A stretch of 32,000 nucleotides of DNA from Desulfobacterales bacterium. Lineage in GTDB: Bacteria; Desulfobacterota; Desulfobacteria; Desulfobacterales; JAFDDL01. Shown here piece by piece: positions 1-8,731 of this stretch. The first letter of the stretch is position 1, and the number at the start of each line of letters is the position of its first letter. The notes under the pieces were generated by a model, which was given only the letters and a program-made list of their open reading frames with translations, was not told the origin of the DNA and ran no database searches. A program made the position numbers and the translations under genes. The stretch covers positions 672,563 through 704,562 of the forward strand of contig CAXXKH010000003.1 of the NCBI GenBank assembly GCA_963677545.2, read 5' to 3'.

Positions 1-1971
1 TTCCACATAGTCGAGGGCTGTCCGGACCGGGCTGCTTTTTTTAAAAAATTCCATCAGGTTGGTTTCAACGCGAAGGTGGCTTGTATAGATAACGGAAGCA
101 ACCACGATCGCCGCGCATACGACTATTACTAATCGATATTTTTCGAAAACGAATGAAAAGAGGTGGCGAAGTATCGTGGAAATCCTGTTGCCGCCGTCAT
201 ATTCCTGATAGACTTTTTTCGGGTCGAAACAGAGAATCAGGGGCGGCAGAAAAAAGAAAGAAAAGATGAACTCAAAAACCATGCCCGCGGATGCAATCCA
301 TCCGAATTCCTTAACCGGAGGGATATCGCTGATGCAAAGAGAAATAAACCCGATCGCCGTGGTAAGAGTGGTCAGGAAGCAGGGGAGTGCCACGCGATTC
401 ACTACATGGGAAAGTGCCTGTTTCCGCCGAGGGAACCGTTTCAGTATCTGCCGATCCATGTGGCTGAAGATATGAACCGTGTCGCAGAGCGCAAGCGCCA
501 TGACAAGTGGAATAATAATTGTGGTGACGTTGTTCAGGGCGATACCCATAAGCCCCATCAAGCCCCGGGTAGCGCCGACACAAATGGAGATATTGAGAAT
601 TGACAGAAATGTAATTCGAATATTTCTAAAAAAGAGCCATGTGAAAATGGTGAGAAGCAGATAGGTCGCGGGTACGAAAATGAGCACATCAGATGTGAGG
701 TATTGGCTGAGGCTGAGGTTGGTGGTGGTCCAGCCTGCCATATAAAATTTGTTCCCGGCGGCCTCGAAGGGGGCAAGAATCTCCTTCACATCTGCGAGGA
801 CCCGTTTCCTGAGGCCGTCATCCTGGGCATCGACATGGGGTTCGACCACAATGGCCGTTGTCCGGCCATCCTTCGAAATCAGATTTCCTTTATACAAGGG
901 GTTTTGCAGGGCTCTAGCTCTCAGTGCGGACTGCTCTGCTTCGTTTTCCGGCAGATAGTCTAAAAGCGGACGTACTTCAAAATAATCTTCTCCCCCGCTG
1001 ATTTCGTTGACGTTTGCTAGGCTGGTTACTTCTTCGACATCATCCAGCTCTTCAATAGACCAGGTGATCTGCTGGATTATCTCCAGTGTTTCAGGAGAAA
1101 ACAGGTTGTCGTTTTTAAAAGCGATAATGAAGAATTCATCATCGCCGAAAATGGTTTTGAATGTGTCGTAATATTCCAACTCGGGGTTGTTTTCAAGCGT
1201 GAAAAAGTCGAAGTCACTGGCTGTTTTAACAAAGGGGTTGTACGCGATAAAAAAGCATCCGAAAAGCAGTGCCGCTATGAAAAAGAGCTTGGGGAATTGG
1301 CAAACGATACCGAGATTCAACGGCGTTTTAGAAAGCTGTGCGGTCAGTTCCTCTATTTTCCGAAATATTCGATTATAGGTACTGTGTCGCTGGAGTATTT
1401 CCTTGTAGGTTGCCAGGGCTTCCGGTTTATTACCGCTTTGTTCCTGAATGATGGCGATTCGTTCAAGAAGTCTCGCCTCTTTTTCGGGATCGTTCTTAAC
1501 CAGGGAAAGAGCTTTCCGCAGCATATTGATGCCGGCATCTATATCTTCTTTTAATAGAAGAACTTCTGCGATTCCTTCAAAAGAGACGCTGGCAAATTCA
1601 GGAGAAATCTCGGCCGCTTTTTCAAACTCCTTTACGGCCTCATTATAAAAACCAAGGGATCTTAATTGGACGGCTCTTCTGATAAGGGCTTCCGCCGGCA
1701 GGTCACCAGGCACCCGTGTAACTTCAGATTCCGGTTTTTCCGCTGCTGTTGCTTTTTCGTCGATTATTTCGAGTCTTCTTGCAAGTGCTTTTGTAATAGC
1801 TTTGAGTTGCTTCAGTTTCCTGCTATCGAACTCTCCACTGTTTTTCAGGGTTTCACGGCATTGTGCAAGCATGGATTCGTATATGCCCGCTGCCTCTCTG
1901 AACAGGCCCTGCTGAACATATATTTCTGCTTCTTTCAAACCTTGCCGGGTATTGGGTTTTATTCTGCTCAT
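1..1971 (-). CDS. RND-superfamily MMPL-type exporter with a ~217-aa N-terminal TPR-like soluble extension; 3' end lies beyond the window
   Basis: Absent from the ORF track because this frame has no stop inside the window. Hand translation of the minus strand from ATG 1971..1969 showed no stop in any block checked: all of 421..1971, plus 1..60 in the same frame; 61..420 was not translated. N-terminus MSRIKPNTRQGLKEAEIYVQQGLFREAAGIYESMLAQ... (TPR-like helices). Then TM1 LNLGIVCQFPKLFFIAALLFGCFFIAY, loop start FDFFTLENNPELEYYDTFKTIFGDDEFFIIAFK, and TM bundle GIALNNVTTIIIPLVMALALCDTVHIFSH, typical of MMPL/RND proteins. Confidence 0.8.
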   Translation of the reverse strand, partial: MSRIKPNTRQGLKEAEIYVQQGLFREAAGIYESMLAQCRETLKNSGEFDSRKLKQLKAITKALARRLEIIDEKATAAEKPESEVTRVPGDLPAEALIRRAVQLRSLGFYNEAVKEFEKAAEISPEFASVSFEGIAEVLLLKEDIDAGINMLRKALSLVKNDPEKEARLLERIAIIQEQSGNKPEALATYKEILQRHSTYNRIFRKIEELTAQLSKTPLNLGIVCQFPKLFFIAALLFGCFFIAYNPFVKTASDFDFFTLENNPELEYYDTFKTIFGDDEFFIIAFKNDNLFSPETLEIIQQITWSIEELDDVEEVTSLANVNEISGGEDYFEVRPLLDYLPENEAEQSALRARALQNPLYKGNLISKDGRTTAIVVEPHVDAQDDGLRKRVLADVKEILAPFEAAGNKFYMAGWTTTNLSLSQYLTSDVLIFVPATYLLLTIFTWLFFRNIRITFLSILNISICVGATRGLMGLMGIALNNVTTIIIPLVMALALCDTVHIFSHMDRQILKRFPRRKQALSHVVNRVALPCFLTTLTTAIGFISLCISDIPPVKEFGWIASAGMVFEFIFSFFFLPPLILCFDPKKVYQEYDGGNRISTILRHLFSFVFEKYRLVIVVCAAIVVASVIYTSHLRVETNLMEFFKKSSPVRTALDYVE

Positions 1972-2013
1972 TGAATAATGGCCATGTCCAAGGACAAAAG
2001 GCAAAAACGAATT

Positions 2014-2374
2014 CTCGCGCAGAGACGCTGAGGCGCAGAGAACAGCATTAAAAGATTATTATTTTTTAAAAAATGACACTATAATGGTTTTTCAAAGATG
2101 TGACCTTTTCTATCCTTATCTTTTTTTTGTTGTGCCCCGCTTCCCTGTAACTCTGATCGAGAATATTTGCGCCATTTGTTTTATGAAGGATTCTTACTCT
2201 TCTAAACCGTTAACAAATCGTTTAATCCCTGATTTCATCAAAGCATCGCCAAAATTAAGCAAATAACCAAGTTTGTGTCCTGTAAGGCGCAAGTACGTTA
2301 TTTATAGTCCCGATTTCGTTTTCATTCATGACTTGTTTTTCGCTGTTCTCTGCGCCTCAGCGTCTCAGCGCGAT
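2014..2374. mobile_element. MITE-like unit: 33-bp terminal inverted repeats flanking ~295 bp that contain an internally deleted GxxExxY gene
   Basis: Left arm 2014..2046 is CTCGCGCAGAGACGCTGAGGCGCAGAGAACAGC. The reverse complement of the right arm 2342..2374 is ATCGCGCTGAGACGCTGAGGCGCAGAGAACAGC (31/33 identical). The same arm sequence recurs as solo copies at 5615..5644, about 4420..4450, 10071..10100, 23233..23258 and about 29207..29235. Confidence 0.6.
2194..2329 (-). pseudogene. GxxExxY-family (PD-(D/E)XK-like) gene remnant: N-terminal ~9 codons joined out of frame to the C-terminal 33 codons
   Basis: The minus strand from ATG 2329 reads MNENEIGTINN..., the usual GxxExxY N-terminus (compare MNSITENQIGNMV at 15333). 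A shifted frame from 2295 then reads YLRLTGHKLGYLLNFGDALMKSGIKRFVNGLEE*, the usual family C-terminus. The central part carrying GxxExxY and ELKA is missing. Confidence 0.6.
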
Positions 2375-2398
2375 AAATGGTAGTTTTTCTGCGTAAGT

Positions 2399-4363
2399 TT
2401 AAAAGTTTATTTCCAAAAGCCCATACACCTGATCATTGTCCGAATAAAAACCAATCGGTGTTTCTACCGATCCGTCAAAAAATTCTGCACCGAATTCAAG
2501 TCGAAGGGGCTGCCAATAGGCGATCTTGAACTTGGGATTGATCATAGTAGCATCTCCGGAAAAGTCATAATACCCACGACATTCAATTTCGTAATTACCG
2601 TTTGAAAAGGTTTTTCGAAACGTGCCGATCAGGGCGCTGGTTTGTTCCTCCGCCCAGACGATGAGCGGATCATAATCCCTGACCGAACTTTGGAAAAACT
2701 GAAGGTTGGCATACCATGCATTTGGGCTGTTGTAATCCATGCCGAGCATGTACTGCCACTGAGCTTTTTGCATACGTTCCAACCGGCTGGTTTGAAAGCT
2801 CTGGTTGTCAAAGTAGGCAATGTCGGCTCTGACCCCAAAATCTTTTACCGTTGTTTCAATCTCAAAACCGAAAATGTTTTGCCGGTTATGAACCAGTGAA
2901 ATGTTTTGGCCGGAAATGGAGGCAAACGATGCAAGATCAATCGGGGAAAACTCACCAGGCGGAAGCACAACACCCGGGGGCAGCCACATGCTGTCCGGTG
3001 TCGGTAAGTCCTCACGAGTGTAGAACCAACTGACGGCATAGTCGATATTTCTCAAAATTCCCGCTACCCGGATACCGTATTCGCTGTTGTCCAGGGAACA
3101 GCCGGGATCATCTTCAACTAAACCGAATGGACCAATTGTGCTGTCCGCGTGTCGAAACATGGCCCAGTCGGTGCCCGTGAAATCGAGTTCCGGGCCGAAA
3201 AAACCGGGGATATAAATACTCTGGAAGGTTATTTGGCCTTGGTATATTTCCAGGTTTGCCATGGGGATAGGGAGCTTCCGGTCTTCCCTGCGTCCGGCGA
3301 CACCATCCCGGTAGTCTTCAGGATTCAGATTGTCAAGGGGGCTGTAGCCATCTGTCTTGCCCCAGCGGACCACTTGATTGCCGAGCTTCAGGTTGAATCG
3401 CGGATGCGCGAAATTTATGTAGACATCGTGGAACCTCAGATTAAAGTCGTTATCCACATCCCCGCTGTTGGTATAACCATAATAATCGATATCCAGAGAG
3501 AATACCATTTGAAGATGGTTGTTCGGCTTATAGGTAGATTCCAGGATCAGTTCGGCGTGTCCATACCCATCGTCTTCGAATTCATTTTCAGTATTACTAT
3601 CCATGGATAGTAGGGTACGAAATCGTCCGGAAAGTTCGACTGGTGGCAGAGTGCTAATCGCATCCGGACTGCTGTCAGCACTGTCCCACAGGCCCTTCGC
3701 GCTTTCAGCCCCCGCCACATCCGAAGGCCCCTGATCCCAGAGATCACTGGCCCGGGTGTTATCGTCTTCAGAGGGGGGGGCTTCCCCCCAGAGATTGTCC
3801 GCATCGTCATCCGGGGATACGTCCGTATCCTCCCCCCAGATATCCTCGCTGCCTGCTGTTTCTTCTTCGTTGCTGCCGTGTGAAGTGGGCGTACTATCCG
3901 CTGCAGGTGAATGTTCGGTTGTCTGAAATGATTCTTGAGTCTCATTCTTGGGGTTGCTTATAAAAATGGTAACGACACCCCTGTTCTCTGAGGCATCGAA
4001 ATCAATACCGTTCAATATCTCGGTGTCAAGCACAATGCGCACTTTGCCGGGATGCTGTCCAACACGTACTGCTCTGACGATACCACTGCCGTCTTCCGGC
4101 CGTATGGTATTTTTTGAGAGAGTACACCCCTCCAGATCAATAACAATCCGATCTGGTGACGTCAATGTGAAAGGATTTATTTCCGGGATAATCCCGCTGA
4201 AATGGATTGTTACTGTGTCACCCGAATCATCGCTTTCAAGCTCGATATTTCTCACAACGGATCGTTGCATATCCCCGGTTTCGATATCTTCCCCGGAAGC
4301 TGACGGACAGATTGTAACCGCCATTGTCAACGCTGAAAGAACCCATATAGCCCAATTTTTCAT
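2399..4363 (-). CDS. Outer-membrane protein: signal peptide, AMIN-like domain, acidic Trp-repeat linker, and a DUF1302-like beta-barrel
   Basis: ORF 2399..4384; start moved to ATG 4363, giving signal peptide MKNWAIWVLSALTMAVTICPSASG. AMIN-like segment VRNIELESDDSGDTVTIHFSG...DRIVIDLEG...VRAVRVGQHPGKVRIVLD. C-terminal ~415 aa carry LGNQVVRWGKTDGYSPLDNLNP and end in the aromatic ...YGLLEINF, typical of OM barrels. Confidence 0.7.
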   Translation of the reverse strand: MKNWAIWVLSALTMAVTICPSASGEDIETGDMQRSVVRNIELESDDSGDTVTIHFSGIIPEINPFTLTSPDRIVIDLEGCTLSKNTIRPEDGSGIVRAVRVGQHPGKVRIVLDTEILNGIDFDASENRGVVTIFISNPKNETQESFQTTEHSPAADSTPTSHGSNEEETAGSEDIWGEDTDVSPDDDADNLWGEAPPSEDDNTRASDLWDQGPSDVAGAESAKGLWDSADSSPDAISTLPPVELSGRFRTLLSMDSNTENEFEDDGYGHAELILESTYKPNNHLQMVFSLDIDYYGYTNSGDVDNDFNLRFHDVYINFAHPRFNLKLGNQVVRWGKTDGYSPLDNLNPEDYRDGVAGRREDRKLPIPMANLEIYQGQITFQSIYIPGFFGPELDFTGTDWAMFRHADSTIGPFGLVEDDPGCSLDNSEYGIRVAGILRNIDYAVSWFYTREDLPTPDSMWLPPGVVLPPGEFSPIDLASFASISGQNISLVHNRQNIFGFEIETTVKDFGVRADIAYFDNQSFQTSRLERMQKAQWQYMLGMDYNSPNAWYANLQFFQSSVRDYDPLIVWAEEQTSALIGTFRKTFSNGNYEIECRGYYDFSGDATMINPKFKIAYWQPLRLEFGAEFFDGSVETPIGFYSDNDQVYGLLEINF

Positions 4364-4605
4364 GTTCGCTGTCCTATACCCCAACAGCGGGGTATTTAAT
4401 GAAAAGCCACTATTTCTCGTGCAGAGACGTAAAGATACAGAGCGATATAAAGCTGTGAAGCGAGGATGCCGGGAAGCTATGATGCAAAAACAAGCTTGAA
4501 ACTTTTGAGCCTCTTAAGAAAAGCGGTGTGGAATTGCATTGGGTTGCTATGAAGAAACAGAAACTTTCTGTACCTCAGTCCCCCTTGCATTTGAAAAACA
4601 TCCCG

Positions 4606-4755
4606 TTATCCTATTGCCTAAAGCCTATAATCCATCTCCTCCTTGCTTATGTTCTTTCCGACCTCAGATCTCCGACTTCCGACCTCTGGCACCTTGCCCC
4701 TTGATGTTTCTTCCAGGCTTCATAGCCTCCCAGCCTTCAAGCTCCCCGCTCCACG
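4606..4755. repeat. Pyrimidine-rich (plus strand) modular tract directly 3' of the stop codon of the 4756..5541 gene
   Basis: Contains CCTATTGCCTAAAGCCTATAATCC, then CCGACCTCAGATCTCCGACTTCCGACCTCTGGC, then CTCCCAGCCTTCAAGCTCCCC. The same three modules recur at 23826..24062, 26681..26844, 29350..29458 and 31650..31826. Confidence 0.7.
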
Positions 4756-5541
4756 CTAACTCCCATGCATCATATACGCCTTGGTGAAAATATTGTCAGG
4801 GATATCCCTGTTATAATGTAACTCCAGCGTCTTCATGTATGTATGGTGATCCTTTTTCAGGTCATGCATCTCTGATTCGGTAACAGACCAGATGCCATCC
4901 ACCTGCTTTATTTCTATGGCCGTAAACTCTTTCATCACTTTTCCCCTGCTGTCATAATACTCGGTTTTAACGGGAAGTAACGCTGTTTTAGAAATCCAGG
5001 AAATCAATTTGCCGTACTGAGTAGATTTGGCGTCCTTGGGAATGCTCTCAAGAACCCAGCATTCGTGGGTCCCCACGTTCTCCTCCCGCAGAATGTTATG
5101 CCGGTCCTGGTCGGGTTTGCGGCGCTCCATGTCCTCATAGGTATAATCGGTGTTTACGAACCGGCTGGATTTCTGTGATGAAACGATTCTGCGCACGCGG
5201 TTGAGCGCCGGAAGAAAGAGGAACTGATCGTTTTCGCGTTCTTCATTTTCCCAGGTCAAAAACGAGGTGCCGTCAATATCAGCCGGAGAAGTAAATTGGA
5301 TATAGCTTTTTTTTATTTCCCCGTATTCTTTGGTGGCGCTAATCAGGGTGCGAAACCGCTTTCTGCCCCTTTTGTCCAACAAGAGCATTCGGACCGTGGC
5401 ATAGGAGTCCTTTCCGTCTTCTCGGTTATATACCTTTTGTGCCAGTGTCGATCCATCGATGGGAAATGGCTGAGCCGATGCGTTTATGCAGATAGCAAAT
5501 ATTAAGAAGAATCCCATCAATTTTCTAACAGATAATTTCAT
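4756..5541 (-). CDS. LolA-like outer membrane lipoprotein-sorting family protein (periplasmic)
   Basis: Signal peptide MKLSVRKLMGFFLIFAICINASA. The body (YNREDGKDSYATVRMLLLDKRGRKRFRTL...QFLFLPALNRVRRI...DYTYEDM) matches my recollection of the LolA-like family that accompanies MMPL exporters and DUF1302-type barrels. Confidence 0.65.
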   Translation of the reverse strand: MKLSVRKLMGFFLIFAICINASAQPFPIDGSTLAQKVYNREDGKDSYATVRMLLLDKRGRKRFRTLISATKEYGEIKKSYIQFTSPADIDGTSFLTWENEERENDQFLFLPALNRVRRIVSSQKSSRFVNTDYTYEDMERRKPDQDRHNILREENVGTHECWVLESIPKDAKSTQYGKLISWISKTALLPVKTEYYDSRGKVMKEFTAIEIKQVDGIWSVTESEMHDLKKDHHTYMKTLELHYNRDIPDNIFTKAYMMHGS

Positions 5542-5614
5542 AGGGCCCCTTTTTGTTTAAAAATATTAAAAAAATATACTAAGAAAACGGTGAAAGTTCA
5601 AGTTTGTTTTAGTC

Positions 5615-5644
5615 GTTCTCTGCGTCACTGCGTCTCTGCGCGAG
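5615..5644. repeat. Solo copy of the GCGCAGAG-type repeat arm
   Basis: GTTCTCTGCGTCACTGCGTCTCTGCGCGAG, same orientation and near-identical to the right arm at 2342..2374. Confidence 0.6.
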
Positions 5645-5675
5645 AAATAAATGCTTTTATGCCGTAAAAGGTATG

Positions 5676-7682
5676 TCAGACAAATTCCTGAAGCGCCGGT
5701 AACGCGAGTTGGGCGGTTTCAATGGAAACATCGATCCCTGGTGGGGACATGATTTGATAAATTGTGTGGTAGCTATCAGGTATTGGTCCGACAATTTGCT
5801 CGATCCCCTGCAGGTGAATTCCCTGACGAGCCAGAAAAGAGATATAGGTGTGTCGTAATGCCTCGGGGGTTATTTGTTGCGGATCTCGAATCTGCGCCTG
5901 CTCGGCCGCCTCTAAGATACATTCCTCAGTTGTTTTGAGGGGAAAGGGGGCGCCCTTTTCGTTTCTCAGAATGTATTCGTCACCGTTCGTAGTCACTGAA
6001 AGGTTTTTTAAAAGAATCGAACGATAAAGTGGTGTTAATGGAATCGTTCGAGTGGAAGCCCCAGACGCTTTCAGCTTTCCTGTATCGAAATCGATATTTT
6101 TCCATTTTAACCGGATAATTTCATCGATGCGCAATCCGTTAAACAATCCCGCGATTATAGACTGTGTTGCGTCACTTGAAGCCACGTACAGTTTTTTAAT
6201 TTCCACATCCGACAACTCACGTGACAATATCTGTTCTGCTGGTGGAAGAAGGTTCTGACTTGCAGGCGTGCCTTGTAATTCGCTATGGGTTTGTGATGGC
6301 AGGCTTTGAAACACTTGATTGTAAGTGACGGGGAAAGCACCCAGGTCTTCTTTTCCGGCAGGGGCTCTTGTCAGAAAATCGAAGATTAGAACAGCGGCAA
6401 TTGCCAGCAACAGTGACACAACGACACTGATGGCAGCGTCACGCACATAATTTGGACGCGAAGGAGACTCCGGGAGGAAAGCCCTTTCGAGAACTTTGAT
6501 CTGAAGCAAGTCCGCGTCGCTTTTAATTTCCATTGCAACCATTTCTTTCTGATATTCTCTGCTCAACTTTTCGAGTTCCAGCAGGTTTTCTTTCAGCGAT
6601 TCGTATTCGGAAAAACGACCGCTGAATTCGGCGGCTTTTTTTTCATATGAAGCTATCTGAGCACGCAAATCATTTTCTGCGTGGCGCGCGCTTATGATTG
6701 CCTGTTCAGCCTCTTCAAGGGCAACTGTTTTAAGTTCCGTATGTTTGGATTGGATTTCTTCTATAAGACGGTGATATCTGTCTATGGTTGTCCGCGTGTT
6801 TTTGTCGATTTCTAAAAACTGAGGGGTGTACCGCGCTTCGTAATCCCTGACCAATTCCTCCATTTCGTCTGCTTTTTCCTCCAGACGCAGGAGTTCGGTG
6901 GTTTTTTTATAATTGCCTGCCCATTTTCCCTGTTCGATCGCTTCTTTGACTGAACGGAGATTCGCTTCCGCCAGTGTTCTATTTTCCGTTGCTTTATTCA
7001 GCGAATTATTCAACCCCTTCAGGGTAGAGAGAACTTTATTGCCATCTCGCTCCAGAGTGACAATGTCATATTTTTGGCGAAGCTGTTCCAGTTCCTCTCG
7101 TTTCTTTTCAATTTTATTGTTCAAGGTCTCGATTTGTTGATGAAGAGATACCGTGGTTGAATTCGAATAGGCTTGTTGTGTTTTTGAGTTCATGCCTACA
7201 TAGCGATCGATCCACGAATTGACGATGACCGGTAAGATCGCTTTATTCGGGCCGGCTGCTGTCAGGCGAATGACTGCACTATCTGAACGGGTTGTAACAT
7301 GAAGCATCGGACGGAGGGCGGAAACGGTGAACGGTTCCAAATACCCGGTATAGTCTGTTGAGGATAAACCGGTCAGCACATCCGACAGCAGGCTTCTGCT
7401 TAACAGCACTTGTTCCTGAAGCGCAATGTCATATGTGCTGGCATCCTGCCCTTCGCTGTTCGGATTTTTAGGTTCGATGAGCAAATCGGCGCTTGACTCG
7501 TAAATAGGCGGCCTGGCAAAAGTAAAAGCAAGTGACAGGGCGGCGACGACAATAAATACCCCTGCAAATATAAGCAGTCTTTTCCAAGACCTGTGTATTC
7601 TGGATCGAGGGGGTAGTTTACGGTATGTGCCGTTGAGAGGAGAAGGTTCGTAAATATGAGTTTGAGATGATTGCTGGGCCAT
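5676..7682 (-). CDS. Polysaccharide co-polymerase (Wzz/EpsF-like chain-length determinant) fused to a C-terminal tyrosine-recombinase-like domain
   Basis: TM1 LLIFAGVFIVVAALSLAF. Wzz motif FARPPIYESSADLLIEP. Long coiled coil. LPESPSRPN followed by TM2 AAISVVVSLLLAIAAVLIFDFL. The C-terminal ~185 aa (5676..6230) carry GLRIDEIIRLKWKNIDF, TRTIPL, and ITPEALRHTYISFLARQGIHLQGIEQIVGP...HTIYQ, resembling integrase boxes I and II. Confidence 0.7.
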   Translation of the reverse strand: MAQQSSQTHIYEPSPLNGTYRKLPPRSRIHRSWKRLLIFAGVFIVVAALSLAFTFARPPIYESSADLLIEPKNPNSEGQDASTYDIALQEQVLLSRSLLSDVLTGLSSTDYTGYLEPFTVSALRPMLHVTTRSDSAVIRLTAAGPNKAILPVIVNSWIDRYVGMNSKTQQAYSNSTTVSLHQQIETLNNKIEKKREELEQLRQKYDIVTLERDGNKVLSTLKGLNNSLNKATENRTLAEANLRSVKEAIEQGKWAGNYKKTTELLRLEEKADEMEELVRDYEARYTPQFLEIDKNTRTTIDRYHRLIEEIQSKHTELKTVALEEAEQAIISARHAENDLRAQIASYEKKAAEFSGRFSEYESLKENLLELEKLSREYQKEMVAMEIKSDADLLQIKVLERAFLPESPSRPNYVRDAAISVVVSLLLAIAAVLIFDFLTRAPAGKEDLGAFPVTYNQVFQSLPSQTHSELQGTPASQNLLPPAEQILSRELSDVEIKKLYVASSDATQSIIAGLFNGLRIDEIIRLKWKNIDFDTGKLKASGASTRTIPLTPLYRSILLKNLSVTTNGDEYILRNEKGAPFPLKTTEECILEAAEQAQIRDPQQITPEALRHTYISFLARQGIHLQGIEQIVGPIPDSYHTIYQIMSPPGIDVSIETAQLALPALQEFV

Positions 7683-8102
7683 GATAATCCTGAATTATTT
7701 TATGACATTAATGAGGTTTCAACGAACAATCAACCGTTTATTAGGAGCTGCTAAGAGTGACAAGCCCTGAACACGGAGAATACAATAATTTCCCACTCGT
7801 TACAATTTTTTCCTTTGTTTTTTTATTAAAGGTTGCCGTGAAAATTCATTTTCAATAAATAAGCCTATAAAATAATAAGTTATAGCCGATGATCGTGCTC
7901 GCATTTTTTGGCATGATTGCTGCTTATGTTTTGGGAATAAATAAATGTTTCTTTTTCCGGAGATTCCTGATAGTGACTCTTAAAAGTTATTATCCAACAT
8001 TTTGTGCTTTTAATCTGTATCCATCACAAGGATTTGCGATAAACAAATGTTGTATCTTCACAATGACTCCACAATCCCTTCATATCGAAAACGGTTGTTT
8101 AT

Positions 8103-8714
8103 ATGCTGAAATTTGATTTGGTAAGGCCCGAAGAAGCTCGATTCATAGAGGTTACGCAGCAATGTGAAAAGTCCTATTGGCGCTGTGACCTCCTGGATGA
8201 AAAATCCAGCTTTAATGAAAATCCGGACTATTATTGTATTGTCCGACGAAGCAACAACATACTCGTAACCCTGGGTGTTTTTTTAAAAACTGCCACAAAA
8301 TCTTTACCAATCGATGGGGTCATGTGGTACCAGAACAGCGGCCATGAACATACTGAGATAGAGCTTGGGCGCTTATCTTTTCACCAAAAGCCAAGCACCA
8401 AAAAGGAAGTCCTTGAAATTGTTGCTATCACCAGATTTTTGTTAGAGAATTTTTATTACCATGCGGAAGAAAAATATGGATCCTATATGGTTTATTTCGA
8501 AACTTACCATACTATCATAAAGCTGCTGTCCGCTGCAATTGGTAAAGACTTTATGATACCGAGAAAATGCCTGCTTCGATGGGATCAAATTCCTGAAGAG
8601 AGACGCGTTTTTTACAGAAAATTTTCCGAAGGTACTGCCGGTTTGTATCAAGTGGATCTGGATGCTTTTCGAAAGGCGATGGGAATAGTCGATAAAATAT
8701 CTGTCTATGCATAA
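8103..8714 (+). CDS. Hypothetical protein; weak resemblance to LuxI / N-acyl amino acid synthase-type GNAT fold
   Basis: 203-aa ORF convergent with 8732..9925. Segment TEIELGRLSFHQKP...ITRFLLENFYYHAEEKYGSYMVYFETYHTIIKLL resembles the core acyltransferase strand-helix motif. No stronger evidence. Confidence 0.4.
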   Translation: MLKFDLVRPEEARFIEVTQQCEKSYWRCDLLDEKSSFNENPDYYCIVRRSNNILVTLGVFLKTATKSLPIDGVMWYQNSGHEHTEIELGRLSFHQKPSTKKEVLEIVAITRFLLENFYYHAEEKYGSYMVYFETYHTIIKLLSAAIGKDFMIPRKCLLRWDQIPEERRVFYRKFSEGTAGLYQVDLDAFRKAMGIVDKISVYA

Positions 8715-8731
8715 CTGGAAATTATGAACGG

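Noticed and set aside
163-1974. Many plus-strand and minus-strand track ORFs (for example 163..603, 703..963, 1666..1974)
   Set aside because: All overlap the long open minus-strand MMPL frame, whose translation shows clear transporter features. Their own translations are low-complexity or Cys/Arg-rich with no motifs.
2629-4499. Antisense or alternative-frame ORFs inside the barrel gene (3149..3610, 3547..3945, 3948..4499 and others)
   Set aside because: They are shadow ORFs of the 2399..4363 gene. No SD, no recognisable domains, and atypical composition.
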